From Candidatus Hermodarchaeota archaeon (GTDB lineage: Archaea; Asgardarchaeota; Lokiarchaeia; Sigyniarchaeales; SOKP01): a stretch of 31,383 nt of DNA. Below are positions 10,503-19,299 of this stretch, piece after piece. Location of the stretch: positions 1 to 31,383 of the forward strand of contig JBHLLG010000031.1 in the NCBI GenBank assembly GCA_048885925.1, given 5' to 3'. Below the pieces are notes generated by a model. It was given only the letters and a program-made list of their open reading frames with translations. It was not told the origin of the DNA and did not search any database. A program made the translations under genes and the position numbers. Position 1 is the first letter of the stretch. Each line of letters begins with the position of its first letter.

Positions 10503-11642
10503 TTAAGTTTTTTCTAATTCCATCTGGGAAATTGCTTTTCCAGATCGAAATGGAATATCATCGAGAGACATTCCTGATTCATAATCGAATTTCTTTTTAA
10601 AAGCTTCGTTTAATGACTGAAAATAAAGAGAAAGTGGTAAATTCTGAGGACAATTATTATCACATGATCCACATTCAACGCACCTATCAGCATCATGGGC
10701 TATTCGGGTTAAATTATAAGTTACGTTATCAATGGTCTTATCTTTCTTTTTCTTTTTCAGAATACAATCTACACAATAACAAACAGGGCAAGCATTCACG
10801 CAAATTCCACAACCAGTACATTTAATCAATTCTGCAATCTTTTCTTCTTGTGAAAGATTTTCCCATTCTGCTAAATCTTTAGCTCTTTTTTCTTTTGCTT
10901 TTTCAATTATTTCATTATACTTGGCAATGTGTTCTTTTTTGACTTTATCAGGAAGTGATTTTTTACTAATTCCTGATTTTTCGAGGATATCACTTCCTTT
11001 TTCAGAATATATCTTTAAAATAATCTCATCTGAATCGATTGGAATTCCAAGATCACTAACTGTTAAATCAGCAATAACTGGAATTTTACGATAACATCTT
11101 AAACAGTTTTCTGCAACAGTGAGTTCAAGTTCTTTTATTTTTCCATCTTTCAATTTCACAATAAGACCCTTATCTCCAACTTTTTCTTTAACAATATTAC
11201 TTGGATCGACATCTTTGATTGACCTCATTTCTCTTCCTGCTTTAGGAAGCATTCCTCTGTCTTCAATACCAATTATAAAAAGGTTATCAAGATTTACTTG
11301 TTTAATCTTTGCTAATTCTATCAATGCTCTTGTATCGCAGGGACGTGCGAGAAGTCCAACCTTTTCTTTCATTGCACCAGCTACAGATTTATGTAAGAAT
11401 TTTGATGCTGAGTCTGTCCTAGCGTATCCAAATGCAATTAAGGGAGTTAATGGAAAATCCTTGATATCTTCTTCTTTTTCTGCTAATGATGGTTGAACAG
11501 TAAATCTATCTATATTCCCAGATTTTTTATCAACTCTTAATTCAGCACCTATTAATTTGTCAACAACTTTTTCTTTTAATAAGGTTCCCAAGATTTTTGA
11601 AAAATCTTCAATTTTTATCAGATATTCTGCCGTTGCTTCCAT
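10503..11642 (-). CDS. FdhB/FrhB-like subunit with C-terminal 2x[4Fe-4S] ferredoxin domain
   Basis: RPCDTRALIELAK..QVNLDNLFIIG, NCLRC, ADLTV, CTGCGICVNACPVCYC, CVECGSCDNNCP. ATG 11642 preferred over TTG 11657. Confidence 0.82.
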   Translation of the reverse strand: MEATAEYLIKIEDFSKILGTLLKEKVVDKLIGAELRVDKKSGNIDRFTVQPSLAEKEEDIKDFPLTPLIAFGYARTDSASKFLHKSVAGAMKEKVGLLARPCDTRALIELAKIKQVNLDNLFIIGIEDRGMLPKAGREMRSIKDVDPSNIVKEKVGDKGLIVKLKDGKIKELELTVAENCLRCYRKIPVIADLTVSDLGIPIDSDEIILKIYSEKGSDILEKSGISKKSLPDKVKKEHIAKYNEIIEKAKEKRAKDLAEWENLSQEEKIAELIKCTGCGICVNACPVCYCVDCILKKKKKDKTIDNVTYNLTRIAHDADRCVECGSCDNNCPQNLPLSLYFQSLNEAFKKKFDYESGMSLDDIPFRSGKAISQMELEKT

Positions 11643-11754
11643 GTAATTCCAACTCAAAATATATATTTAATTTATTAATTTTTATTTAAATTTCCCAAAT
11701 TTTTTAACCTAAACTTTTTAACAATTTTTATTAAATTAATTTATTAAAACCTCA

Positions 11755-11833
11755 TTTATGTGTCATATGGTGCTCCCATTTCTTCAACTGAGCTCTCACT
11801 TTTTCAACTCAGTCTCATAAGTAAACACATTAA
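11755..11833 (-). promoter_or_regulatory. Eukaryote-like SECIS element downstream of mvhD
   Basis: Minus strand reads atgtgt-ttactt-ATGA-GACTGAGTT-gaaaaagtgag-AGCTCAGTT-GA-...-acacat. It has an AUGA/GA core (11815-11818 / 11784-11785), a 9-bp upper stem, an A-rich apical loop and a lower helix atgtgt/acacat. Confidence 0.85.
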
Positions 11834-11838
11834 ATTTT

Positions 11839-12297
11839 TTAAGCCTCAGCTTTTGCTTTAGCTTTTTCTTTAGGCGTGCTTTTTTTTGGACGTAAAGGGC
11901 TTGGACCCAATTTGCGAATAGTTTTATCTATTTCTATAGCCTCGTTTTGAAATTTCTGGCCTTCAGCAGCCGTGCAATAGATTATTTTAATTCTATCTGG
12001 ATTGAGTCCAATAATTTTCAAAATTTCTTTAATGTATTCGACATTTCGATAAGCATGATAATTTCCAGTTTCATAATCACACTCTCCAGGATATCAAGCA
12101 TTAATGACAACACCATCCGCACCTCTTCCAAATGCTCGCATGACTAAATCAGGTCCTACACGTCCAGAGCATGGTACCAAGACATTTCTAATACTATCAG
12201 GATATTGTGCTCGAATAGTCCCTGCCATATCGGCTGATCCATACCCTCATTTCCAGCATGCATATACAATAATTTTAATATCATTATTTTCTGCCAT
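11839..12297 (-). CDS. mvhD: Hydrogenase delta subunit MvhD/VhuD, selenoprotein with 2 Sec (152 aa)
   Basis: From ATG 12297: MAENNDIKIIVYACWK-U-GYGSADMAG...VPCSGRV...GADGVVINA-U-YPGECDYETGN...IIYCTAAEG. In-frame TGA at 12247-12249 and 12094-12096 fall at conserved Cys positions of MvhD (CxxC and GCxxGxCHY). Confidence 0.92.
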
Positions 12298-12310
12298 TTT
12301 ACTAACCTCT

Positions 12311-14287
12311 CTACTCCTCCATAGGTAATAATTCATCTACTAATGCCATATATTGATCATCTCTAAAGTAGGTTAACTCAATTGCTTGTGAAGGACATAT
12401 TGACGCACAAGTTCCACATCCCCGACATCTTATTAAGTCAACTACGATATTTCCTTTTTCATTTACTGAAATGGCTGTATATGGACAAGCATCTATACAT
12501 TTATAACATTTAGCACAACGTTCATCTGATGGTGTTGCGCGGATTAATTCCATAGTATATTCACCTTTTCCCATTGGAATGCCAGCTACTGACGCTGCAC
12601 CTCTAGCTTGGCTTACTGCTTTATCAATCTCCTTTTGTCCTTGAGCAGATCCACAGATATATATGCCAGGTACTTTTGTACTAATTGGATCAAGACGAGC
12701 ATGATATTCTTTTAGAAAACCATCGGGACTTTTCTCCATGTTAAGTACTTTAGCAATTTGAATTGTACCTTGTGATGGTAAGGATGCTGGTGACAATACC
12801 ACCATATGAAATTCCATAGTAACTATTGTATCAGTTCCAACTGGTTCAAATTGAACTTTTAAGTTTTTTGTTAATGGATCCTCTTCAATTTTACCCACTA
12901 AACCCTTAACAAAAATTATGCCAGCATCTCGAGACCTTCTATAATACTCTTCATAATCCTTCCCAGCACATCGCATATCTATGTATGTACAAAGAATTTG
13001 TGAATCAGGGTATTCAGATTTAATTAACTTGGAATTTTTGAGTGATAAATTGCAACAAATAACACTGCAATGAGCATTTTTATTAATATCTCGTGAACCA
13101 ACACAGTTGATGAATAATACTTTTGTTGGGCGTTTACCATCCGAAGGTCGCTTTAAATGACCATATGTAGGACCATTAGGAGCAAGTATTCTTTCTAACT
13201 CTATTTGGTTAATAACATTGTCATAGATACCGTATCCATAGTCATCACCTTTATAGAGATCCCAACCTGTCGCAACTATTATTGTACCAACTTTCAGTTC
13301 TTCAATCTTATCTTTCTGACTAAAATCTATTGCTTCTTGTTCACATGCATCAACACATGCAAAACACTCTATGCATACTTTTCTCTCAAGTTGTGATACT
13401 GCAGGTACTGCTTGAGCAAAAGCAATATCAATGACTTTTCTTGCAGATAAGTGCTCATCAAAATAGTTACTTGTATAAACTGGACATACATCTCGACAGG
13501 TTCCACATCCTGTGCATTTTGTTTCATCGACAAATCTTGCTTTTCTTCTTACTTTGACATTGAAATTCCCAATATATCCATTTATTGCGTCAACTTCACT
13601 ATAGGATAAGATTTCAATATTAGGATGTCGATTAGCTTCAAGCATTTTTGGTCCCAAAATTCATATTGAACAATCATCTGTTGGAAACGTTCTGTCAAGT
13701 TGAGACATGCGACCTCCAATAGTGGTATTCTTTTCTACTAAATATACTTTATAACCTGCATCTCCTAAATCAATCGCAGCTGATAATCCAGCAATACCTC
13801 CTCCAACTACTAGAGCCGTTGGTTCTACTGGAACAGTTTTTGTTGGTACATCTTCCAATAATCTTGATCTAGCAATCCCAGCTTTAATTAATTCGATAGC
13901 TTTTAGAGTAGCTTTTTCACGTACTTCTGGGGCTTGATGTACAAATGAACAATGTTCTCGAATGTTTACAAATTCTAAATATCTTGGTGGTAACCCCATT
14001 TCTTTTAATATTGCATGAAAAACGGGTTGATGAGTTTTTGGTGTACATGCTGCAACCAAAATTCTATCAAATTTCCTTTCTTCGTGTTTCTCTTTAATTT
14101 CAGTCGATCCACCCTCAGTACATAAAGACATGTATGGATAAGCCCAAACATTTTCCAATTTATTTATTTCTTCAACAATCTTTGGAATATCTAAGATACC
14201 TGCAATGTTAATACCTCAGTGACACACGAACACGCCTATTCTTTGTTGTTTTTCGCTATTATTTCCTTGGTCTGTTTTTCCAGACAA
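12311..14287 (-). CDS. hdrA: Heterodisulfide reductase subunit A, selenoprotein with 2 Sec (658 aa)
   Basis: TTG 14287 lies 5 nt after GGTGA. Translation: MSGKTDQ...RIGVFVCH-U-GINIAG (TGA 14216-14218) ... GGGIAG ... TFPTDDCSI-U-ILGPKM (TGA 13661-13663). This joins ORFs 13661-14158 and 12311-13657 in one frame, with Fe-S motifs and CVGSRD. Confidence 0.94.
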
Positions 14288-14345
14288 ATAAATCACCTTT
14301 GTAAAGCCTAACCTCCTAAATTTTCTAGAGTATGTTTTCTCTTAG

Positions 14346-14368
14346 TTTCTTAGAGTATATCTAAGAAA
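14346..14368. promoter_or_regulatory. Palindrome upstream of hdrA (candidate operator or 5' UTR hairpin)
   Basis: tttcttaga-gtata-tctaagaaa has perfect 9-bp arms. A related half-site tttctagagtat lies at about 14322-14333. Confidence 0.35.
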
Positions 14369-14612
14369 GATATTATGATATTGTAAATAGTCTATATTAT
14401 TAAAATTAAATTATTATAACAATTCAATTCTTTTTTAATAATATTGGATGACCTAACACTTGATATTTTATCCCAATATCTCAATTAATCGTCATCGGCG
14501 AATTTCATAAAAAAATTATTAAAAAATTATCATTTCCCATCATTTCTCATTGAAAATATATCATTTTCGATCAATATCTTATGAAAAGTAATAGTAACTA
14601 CCCGTTTCTTAA

Positions 14613-14987
14613 AAAATCTACAAAATTAACCTTAAATCTCCTTTGACTCTCGGGTGGCTGTCCATTAATATCAGTCTCCATAATTTAGGGCATTATATCA
14701 CAGGAAAATTAGTAGGAATTTACTTTCATGCTTGGGTTATCCGCGAAGCAATATTTCAATGGGCTTTAATTATTGAAAATAAATCTTTTTTGATGGCTAC
14801 CTTCAGAAAAAGACAAATCCTTCACATTTTGGGTCCGATTTGTACTCTTGGTGTGCCTTGAGTAATATATTTAATAACTTTAAATCCGATTATGATTGGT
14901 ATTGGGATTTATATGTTTGATGCATCTATACCAGTAATGATAAAAAAAAATGGGATTATGGTAGAATATTTAAAGAAAGACGATTGA
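14613..14987 (+). pseudogene. Degraded membrane-protein gene (HExxH-like, site-2 protease/M50-like remnant)
   Basis: LHNLGHYITGKLVGI resembles HELGH motifs. Hydrophobic coding continues past TGA 14859-14861 (VP*VIYLITLNPIMIGIG). No good start codon. Confidence 0.45.
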
Positions 14988-15021
14988 AAAGGATGCAAAA
15001 AAATTAAAACTCTGACTTTTT

Positions 15022-15363
15022 TTATTTTTTAGATTTAATCTTATATCGATCCTTTTGGTTGAAATATGTAATATCAGCATATCCCTTGTAGATTTTTGCT
15101 GAATGCTTTACTTCCTTTGGAATAAAATACCTATCCCCTTTTTTAAATTGAAATTTTTTACCATCTATAGTTAAGTCGATTTTTCCCTCAAGAACAACGC
15201 CCCATTGACTTTCATGAGAATGTTCCTCAAGGATAATATCTTTTTCAAACATCATATATAAAATCTGGAAGCGTCCCCCCTGTGCTAAATATGCTTTAAC
15301 ACCCTCTAGTGAAATATCCGCTTCAGGTAACCCCAATATAGGTTCGGGAAATATTTCTGACAT
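15022..15363 (-). CDS. Cupin domain protein
   Basis: EHSHESQWGVVLEG...GDRYFIPKEVKHSA cupin motifs. Confidence 0.9.
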   Translation of the reverse strand: MSEIFPEPILGLPEADISLEGVKAYLAQGGRFQILYMMFEKDIILEEHSHESQWGVVLEGKIDLTIDGKKFQFKKGDRYFIPKEVKHSAKIYKGYADITYFNQKDRYKIKSKK

Positions 15364-15427
15364 ATTCCTTCAATTTTACTTACAATTTTATTAATTTTAT
15401 AATTTAATTCTTATTTTTTTTCTTTTT

Positions 15428-15895
15428 TTATAATTTTAAGATCATTTCTTTATCGCCATCATTTTCTCTAAAACCATATTTTTCATATAACGGTCTTCCA
15501 TATGGAGTTGCGTGGATAACTACGTCTTGTATTCCTTTTTTCTTTATTTCTTCTAATAATTTCTCAAGTAAAGCTGATCCAATACCCATTTTACGCCATT
15601 CAATTTTAGTATACATATTCATTATATAAGCAAACTTTCCAGTCATATTGATAAAATGTGGTGGCTTTTCTAGAAAAGATAAACCGCTTGTAGCGATAAT
15701 TTCATTATCAGATTCTGCTAACCATGATACAAAATCATTGGATTTCATTTTTTCTAAGAAGAAATCTTTCAATAATTTTCGAAATATCTCCATTTCCATA
15801 TTAGGTGGAGGATTTTGAATTTCTTTTAAAAATTTAATACGAAAATCTATTAATTTTTCTATATCATTAAGATTAGCTTTTCTTAATGTGTACAT
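15428..15895 (-). CDS. GNAT family N-acetyltransferase
   Basis: YIMNMYT..WRKMGIGSALL; HATPYGRPLYEKYGF. Confidence 0.92.
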   Translation of the reverse strand: MYTLRKANLNDIEKLIDFRIKFLKEIQNPPPNMEMEIFRKLLKDFFLEKMKSNDFVSWLAESDNEIIATSGLSFLEKPPHFINMTGKFAYIMNMYTKIEWRKMGIGSALLEKLLEEIKKKGIQDVVIHATPYGRPLYEKYGFRENDGDKEMILKL

Positions 15896-15936
15896 ATAAA
15901 ATCAAATCAAATTTTATTTAACTTCTTTATGGATTC

Positions 15937-16923
15937 TTATTCACGATAAGTTATATTTCTAATTTTTAATTCAATTTCTTTAATTCCTTCTGAGTCATTT
16001 ATATTTACTGCTGCTGCAAGTATTATGTTATAATATTTTAAAACCGTATCTGAGTTAAAATCTCTTTCAAATACTTGACCATTTCTAAAAATAAGCAGTC
16101 TTAATGGCTCTATTCGATTCATATCTTTAGCTGCGGAGTAAGCTTTTATAAAATACTCTAATGACTTTTCATAATCTTTTTTCATGTAATAGACTACTCC
16201 AATGGCATAATAAGAAAATTGAAGAGAAAACTTAAAACCAATATCTTCCCTCAATTCTGCTGATTTCTTATGATATTTTAACGCTGTATCAAAATCATCT
16301 TGAATAGATTGATAAATGAAGGCTAAATGACGATAAAAATATGATTGTTCAAGTTTATAGTTTCCTTCTATTGCTAATTTTAATCCTTTTTGATAATATT
16401 GGAACGCCTTTTGCTTATCATTTTCATCAGAGTCTTTCTTATTTTCATAATAAAGCCCCAAATGAAAATAAGATTGTGTTAATCCTAACTTATCATCTAT
16501 TTTACACCTTATAATCAATGCCTTTCGATAGTAGTTCAATGCTTCCTCAAAATTTCCCTCCAGAATTCCCTTCCGATAGATACAATAACCAATTTGATCA
16601 AAAGAATCTGCTAAAATATTTTTTGCATGGGTACACTCAACTAATCTTACAGCTTCCATTAGCATATGGATTTCATTATCGTAATTAAATTCTTTTAGAA
16701 ACTTTTGATCTGCCATAATTTTGGCAAATTGGATTAAAAATCGTGCTTTATCAGATTTACTTAGTTCATCCAAATGAAAGAGATTTTTGATTGAATCGAA
16801 TAAATTTATTGCTTCATCAAACTTTCCCTCAAAAAGGTATTTTTCAGAAATGCAAATTACATTTTCTATAAAATTTTTATAGAGTTCTTCAAGCATAAGC
16901 ATATCTTTCACATATTTCTTCAA
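15937..16923 (-). CDS. Tetratricopeptide repeat protein
   Basis: Repeated TPR units (EEALNYYRKAL, KAFQYYQKGL, TALKYHKKSA, KSLEYFIKA). Start may be a downstream ATG. Confidence 0.85.
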   Translation of the reverse strand: MKKYVKDMLMLEELYKNFIENVICISEKYLFEGKFDEAINLFDSIKNLFHLDELSKSDKARFLIQFAKIMADQKFLKEFNYDNEIHMLMEAVRLVECTHAKNILADSFDQIGYCIYRKGILEGNFEEALNYYRKALIIRCKIDDKLGLTQSYFHLGLYYENKKDSDENDKQKAFQYYQKGLKLAIEGNYKLEQSYFYRHLAFIYQSIQDDFDTALKYHKKSAELREDIGFKFSLQFSYYAIGVVYYMKKDYEKSLEYFIKAYSAAKDMNRIEPLRLLIFRNGQVFERDFNSDTVLKYYNIILAAAVNINDSEGIKEIELKIRNITYRE

Positions 16924-17097
16924 TAGATTATGCTGAATTTAATATCAGTAGAAAGCTACCTTAAAATTAAATTACCTAATCTAAATTAAGTTGATCTAAA
17001 TAAAAACAAGTCTAAATTTTATATATAGATTAATTCTATGAAGTTCGTTGAGAGTTTATAGTAAAATTGAACTATATAACTCTTTCATAATTATTAA

Positions 17098-18513
17098 TCA
17101 TTTTAATTTTTCATTTTGAATTCTTTTTGCTTCTAAATAATTTAAATAATCTAATTCCTTCTTTTCATGGATCTTAATTAATTCTTCTTTTTGAGATAAC
17201 CATTCTGGGCCGTCTAAACGGTATAAAAGCATTGTAATTGCACCGATAATTAAAAATACTGCGGGTATTAGTGTAAATCCAATTAAAATTCCTAACTGAG
17301 CATAGTAATTTTGTACTTGAAGCTCCTCATCAAAACCAAAATTTGATATAGTTAATAAAAAAAGCCAATTAGCAATTGAAATTGCAGGTTTTGTAAGTAA
17401 AGCATTGATTCCTGAATAGGTTGTTTCTCTTCTTTTTCCTGTTCTTATTTCATCATAATCCACTATATCGGCTATAATTACTTGGTTTGTTAGCATATAA
17501 CCAGAGAAACCGATCCCAATAAGAATAAATCCGATTAAAGCGGTTATTAGAGTCCACCCTATAAAAAATAATATCACAAAACTTAATCCCGCGAAAAAAA
17601 TTGAAAAGATAAACATTTTTTTTGGCCCATATAATCCAATAAATTTATTATAAACTGTAAAAAAAACAAAAATTATAAGAAAAACTAACATCAAGGGAAG
17701 TGTAGCAAGAAATCCACTAATTAATAGAATATAATCAATATAATAGAATATTGCGGTAGTTAAAATTGTCTGTGCTAAGGTGAATGAAAAATTGGATACT
17801 TCAAAAATTAAAAAAGGTTTATTTTTGAAGGTTTCAACTATTCCCTCGCTTATAGGAAGTGTATCCTCCATTTGGGTATACTTATTTTCTTTCAAGTAAA
17901 AACTACTAACAAATAAAATTATAGCAGAAATAATCCCAACAAAGATCATCGCTATAAGAAAAATAAAATCAACTAAGGGAGATTCATTTTCAGTCAATAA
18001 AATGAGTGGTAATACAAAAGCAATCAATAAAGCAGTTGAATTTAATATATTACCATAAACCAATAGATTTGCTCTCTCTTTTGCGGTTATTGCCATTTCT
18101 GCTGGCAACGTAAAATTAATAAGACCTAATATTGTAAATATCGTGTCAAATGCAAAAAGAATAAATAATAAATTAAAAAAAAGAGCCACTTGATTAGTTA
18201 TATCAACAAGAGGAAACCAACATAGTATAAATATTATACCATAAAGTGGAGCACCAAACCGTATATAGGGAATTCTCCTTCCATATTTTTCCGATTTAGT
18301 TCGATCTTCAATAAAGCCAAACAAAGGGTCATTGATTGCATTCCATACTGAAAATATCATCCAAGCAATTCCAATCAGTCCTGCACTCAACCCCAACTTT
18401 ACATTATAGAAAAAAGTTATTGCTGAAAAAGCAATTTGAGAAGGTAAGCTGATACCTGCTCCAAGTCCGCCATAAGCTAGTTTAGATTTTAATGGCAATT
18501 TCTTGTTAGACAT
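17098..18513 (-). CDS. MFS transporter, GPH (Na+/melibiose symporter-like) family
   Basis: WNAINDPLFGFIEDRTKS..GRRIPY; IADIVDYDEIRTGKRRE. Confidence 0.92.
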   Translation of the reverse strand: MSNKKLPLKSKLAYGGLGAGISLPSQIAFSAITFFYNVKLGLSAGLIGIAWMIFSVWNAINDPLFGFIEDRTKSEKYGRRIPYIRFGAPLYGIIFILCWFPLVDITNQVALFFNLLFILFAFDTIFTILGLINFTLPAEMAITAKERANLLVYGNILNSTALLIAFVLPLILLTENESPLVDFIFLIAMIFVGIISAIILFVSSFYLKENKYTQMEDTLPISEGIVETFKNKPFLIFEVSNFSFTLAQTILTTAIFYYIDYILLISGFLATLPLMLVFLIIFVFFTVYNKFIGLYGPKKMFIFSIFFAGLSFVILFFIGWTLITALIGFILIGIGFSGYMLTNQVIIADIVDYDEIRTGKRRETTYSGINALLTKPAISIANWLFLLTISNFGFDEELQVQNYYAQLGILIGFTLIPAVFLIIGAITMLLYRLDGPEWLSQKEELIKIHEKKELDYLNYLEAKRIQNEKLK

Positions 18514-18709
18514 TATCTTATCAAATTGAATTTAGATTAATAGATATACTTAAAGTTATAGTTTTTACAATTGCTTAATAAAATCGATATTGAATATATT
18601 ACAATTTGCTTATTATTTTCTAATCTATAATGAAAATAAAGAACTTAGGAAAAATTCAATTTACAAAGAAAATAATATTAAAAATAAAAATAAGTTTAAA
18701 AAGATAAGT

Positions 18710-19299
18710 TTAAGCTTCAGTTTCCTTCAATATTTCGCCAAAAAGCCTTTTCACAGCATCAATACGCTTCTCTTCACCAATCTGTTCTACATCCTTTAAG
18801 GATATGGCTTCTTTTGGACAAACATCGATACATGCAGGATATGGTTCACCCCTCTCAGGATTGATAAATTCTTCCTTCATAGTTTCGCAAAGATCGCAAA
18901 TAAGGGCTTTTTGAGATTGTATATGTAGACTAAGCACACCGAAGTCGCACGCCCTTTACTGCAATTAAGAAAATAAGTCTCTTAATTTATACAGAAGGCG
19001 CATCCGTTGCACTTATCATCATCTACGATAATAGAGCCTGTTTTTTTATCTTGTTCTAAAGCTTTTTCAGGACAACTGCGAACACAAGGCGCATCCTCAC
19101 ACTTCTGGCATGCTAATGCGACATTTAAGATTGGTTCTATTCTTACTCTATGAATTCTTGTATTTATAGGATTGAATTCACCATCATGGACAAATGAACA
19201 CACAGATTCACATGTTTCACATCCTGTACATAAATTTGGGTCGACAATGATAAATTGGTGGACTACGCCACCCCTCTTTTTAGTTCCAACTTTAGACAT
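18710..19299 (-). CDS. 4x[4Fe-4S] ferredoxin-like subunit (DmsB/CooF/HydN type), split by an intron; join(18989-19299, 18710-18956), 185 aa
   Basis: Removing 18957-18988 gives 558 nt in one frame with 16 Cys in four motifs: CTGCETCESVC, CQKCEDAPCVRSC, CNGCAFCIRAC, CDLC...ACIDVC. The ATG abuts the AOR stop (TAAATG) after a GGAGG RBS. Confidence 0.88.
18957..18988 (-). other. Candidate 32-nt bulge-helix-bulge (BHB) intron in a protein-coding gene
   Basis: Minus strand: ugcgccuu-CUGU-AU^A-aauuaaga-gacuuauuu-ucuuaauu-GCAG-UA^A-agggcgug. It has a 4-bp central helix, two 3-nt bulges, an 8-bp intron stem and an 8-bp exon stem. Canonical cuts restore the frame. Confidence 0.85.

Noticed and set aside
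11839-14287. hdrA and mvhD as pseudogenes, or as evidence of a UGA=Trp genetic code
   Set aside because: All four TGAs align to conserved Cys, a SECIS follows, Trp is encoded by TGG, and TGA is a normal stop in other genes (e.g. 7246, 7662, 17098).
14859-14861. In-frame TGA as another Sec codon
   Set aside because: Hydrophobic context with no Cys/redox motif and no SECIS seen downstream. A TGG-to-TGA nonsense change in a decaying gene is more likely.
16980-17017. Three TCTAAAT repeats spaced 15-16 nt apart
   Set aside because: Short AT-rich word with irregular spacing; cannot be distinguished from chance. Not CRISPR-like.
18957-18988. Insert as a MITE/transposon footprint or spliceosomal GT-AG intron
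   Set aside because: No GT at the 5' boundary, only a trivial 2-3 nt terminal redundancy, no second copy noticed in the window, and the pairing extends into both exons with exact BHB geometry.
18710-19299. Two separate ferredoxin genes, a programmed frameshift or a simple sequencing error
   Set aside because: A frameshift or 1-nt error would leave about 10 extra residues inside a fixed-spacing CxxCxxCxxxC motif. Only the precise 32-nt BHB excision restores it.
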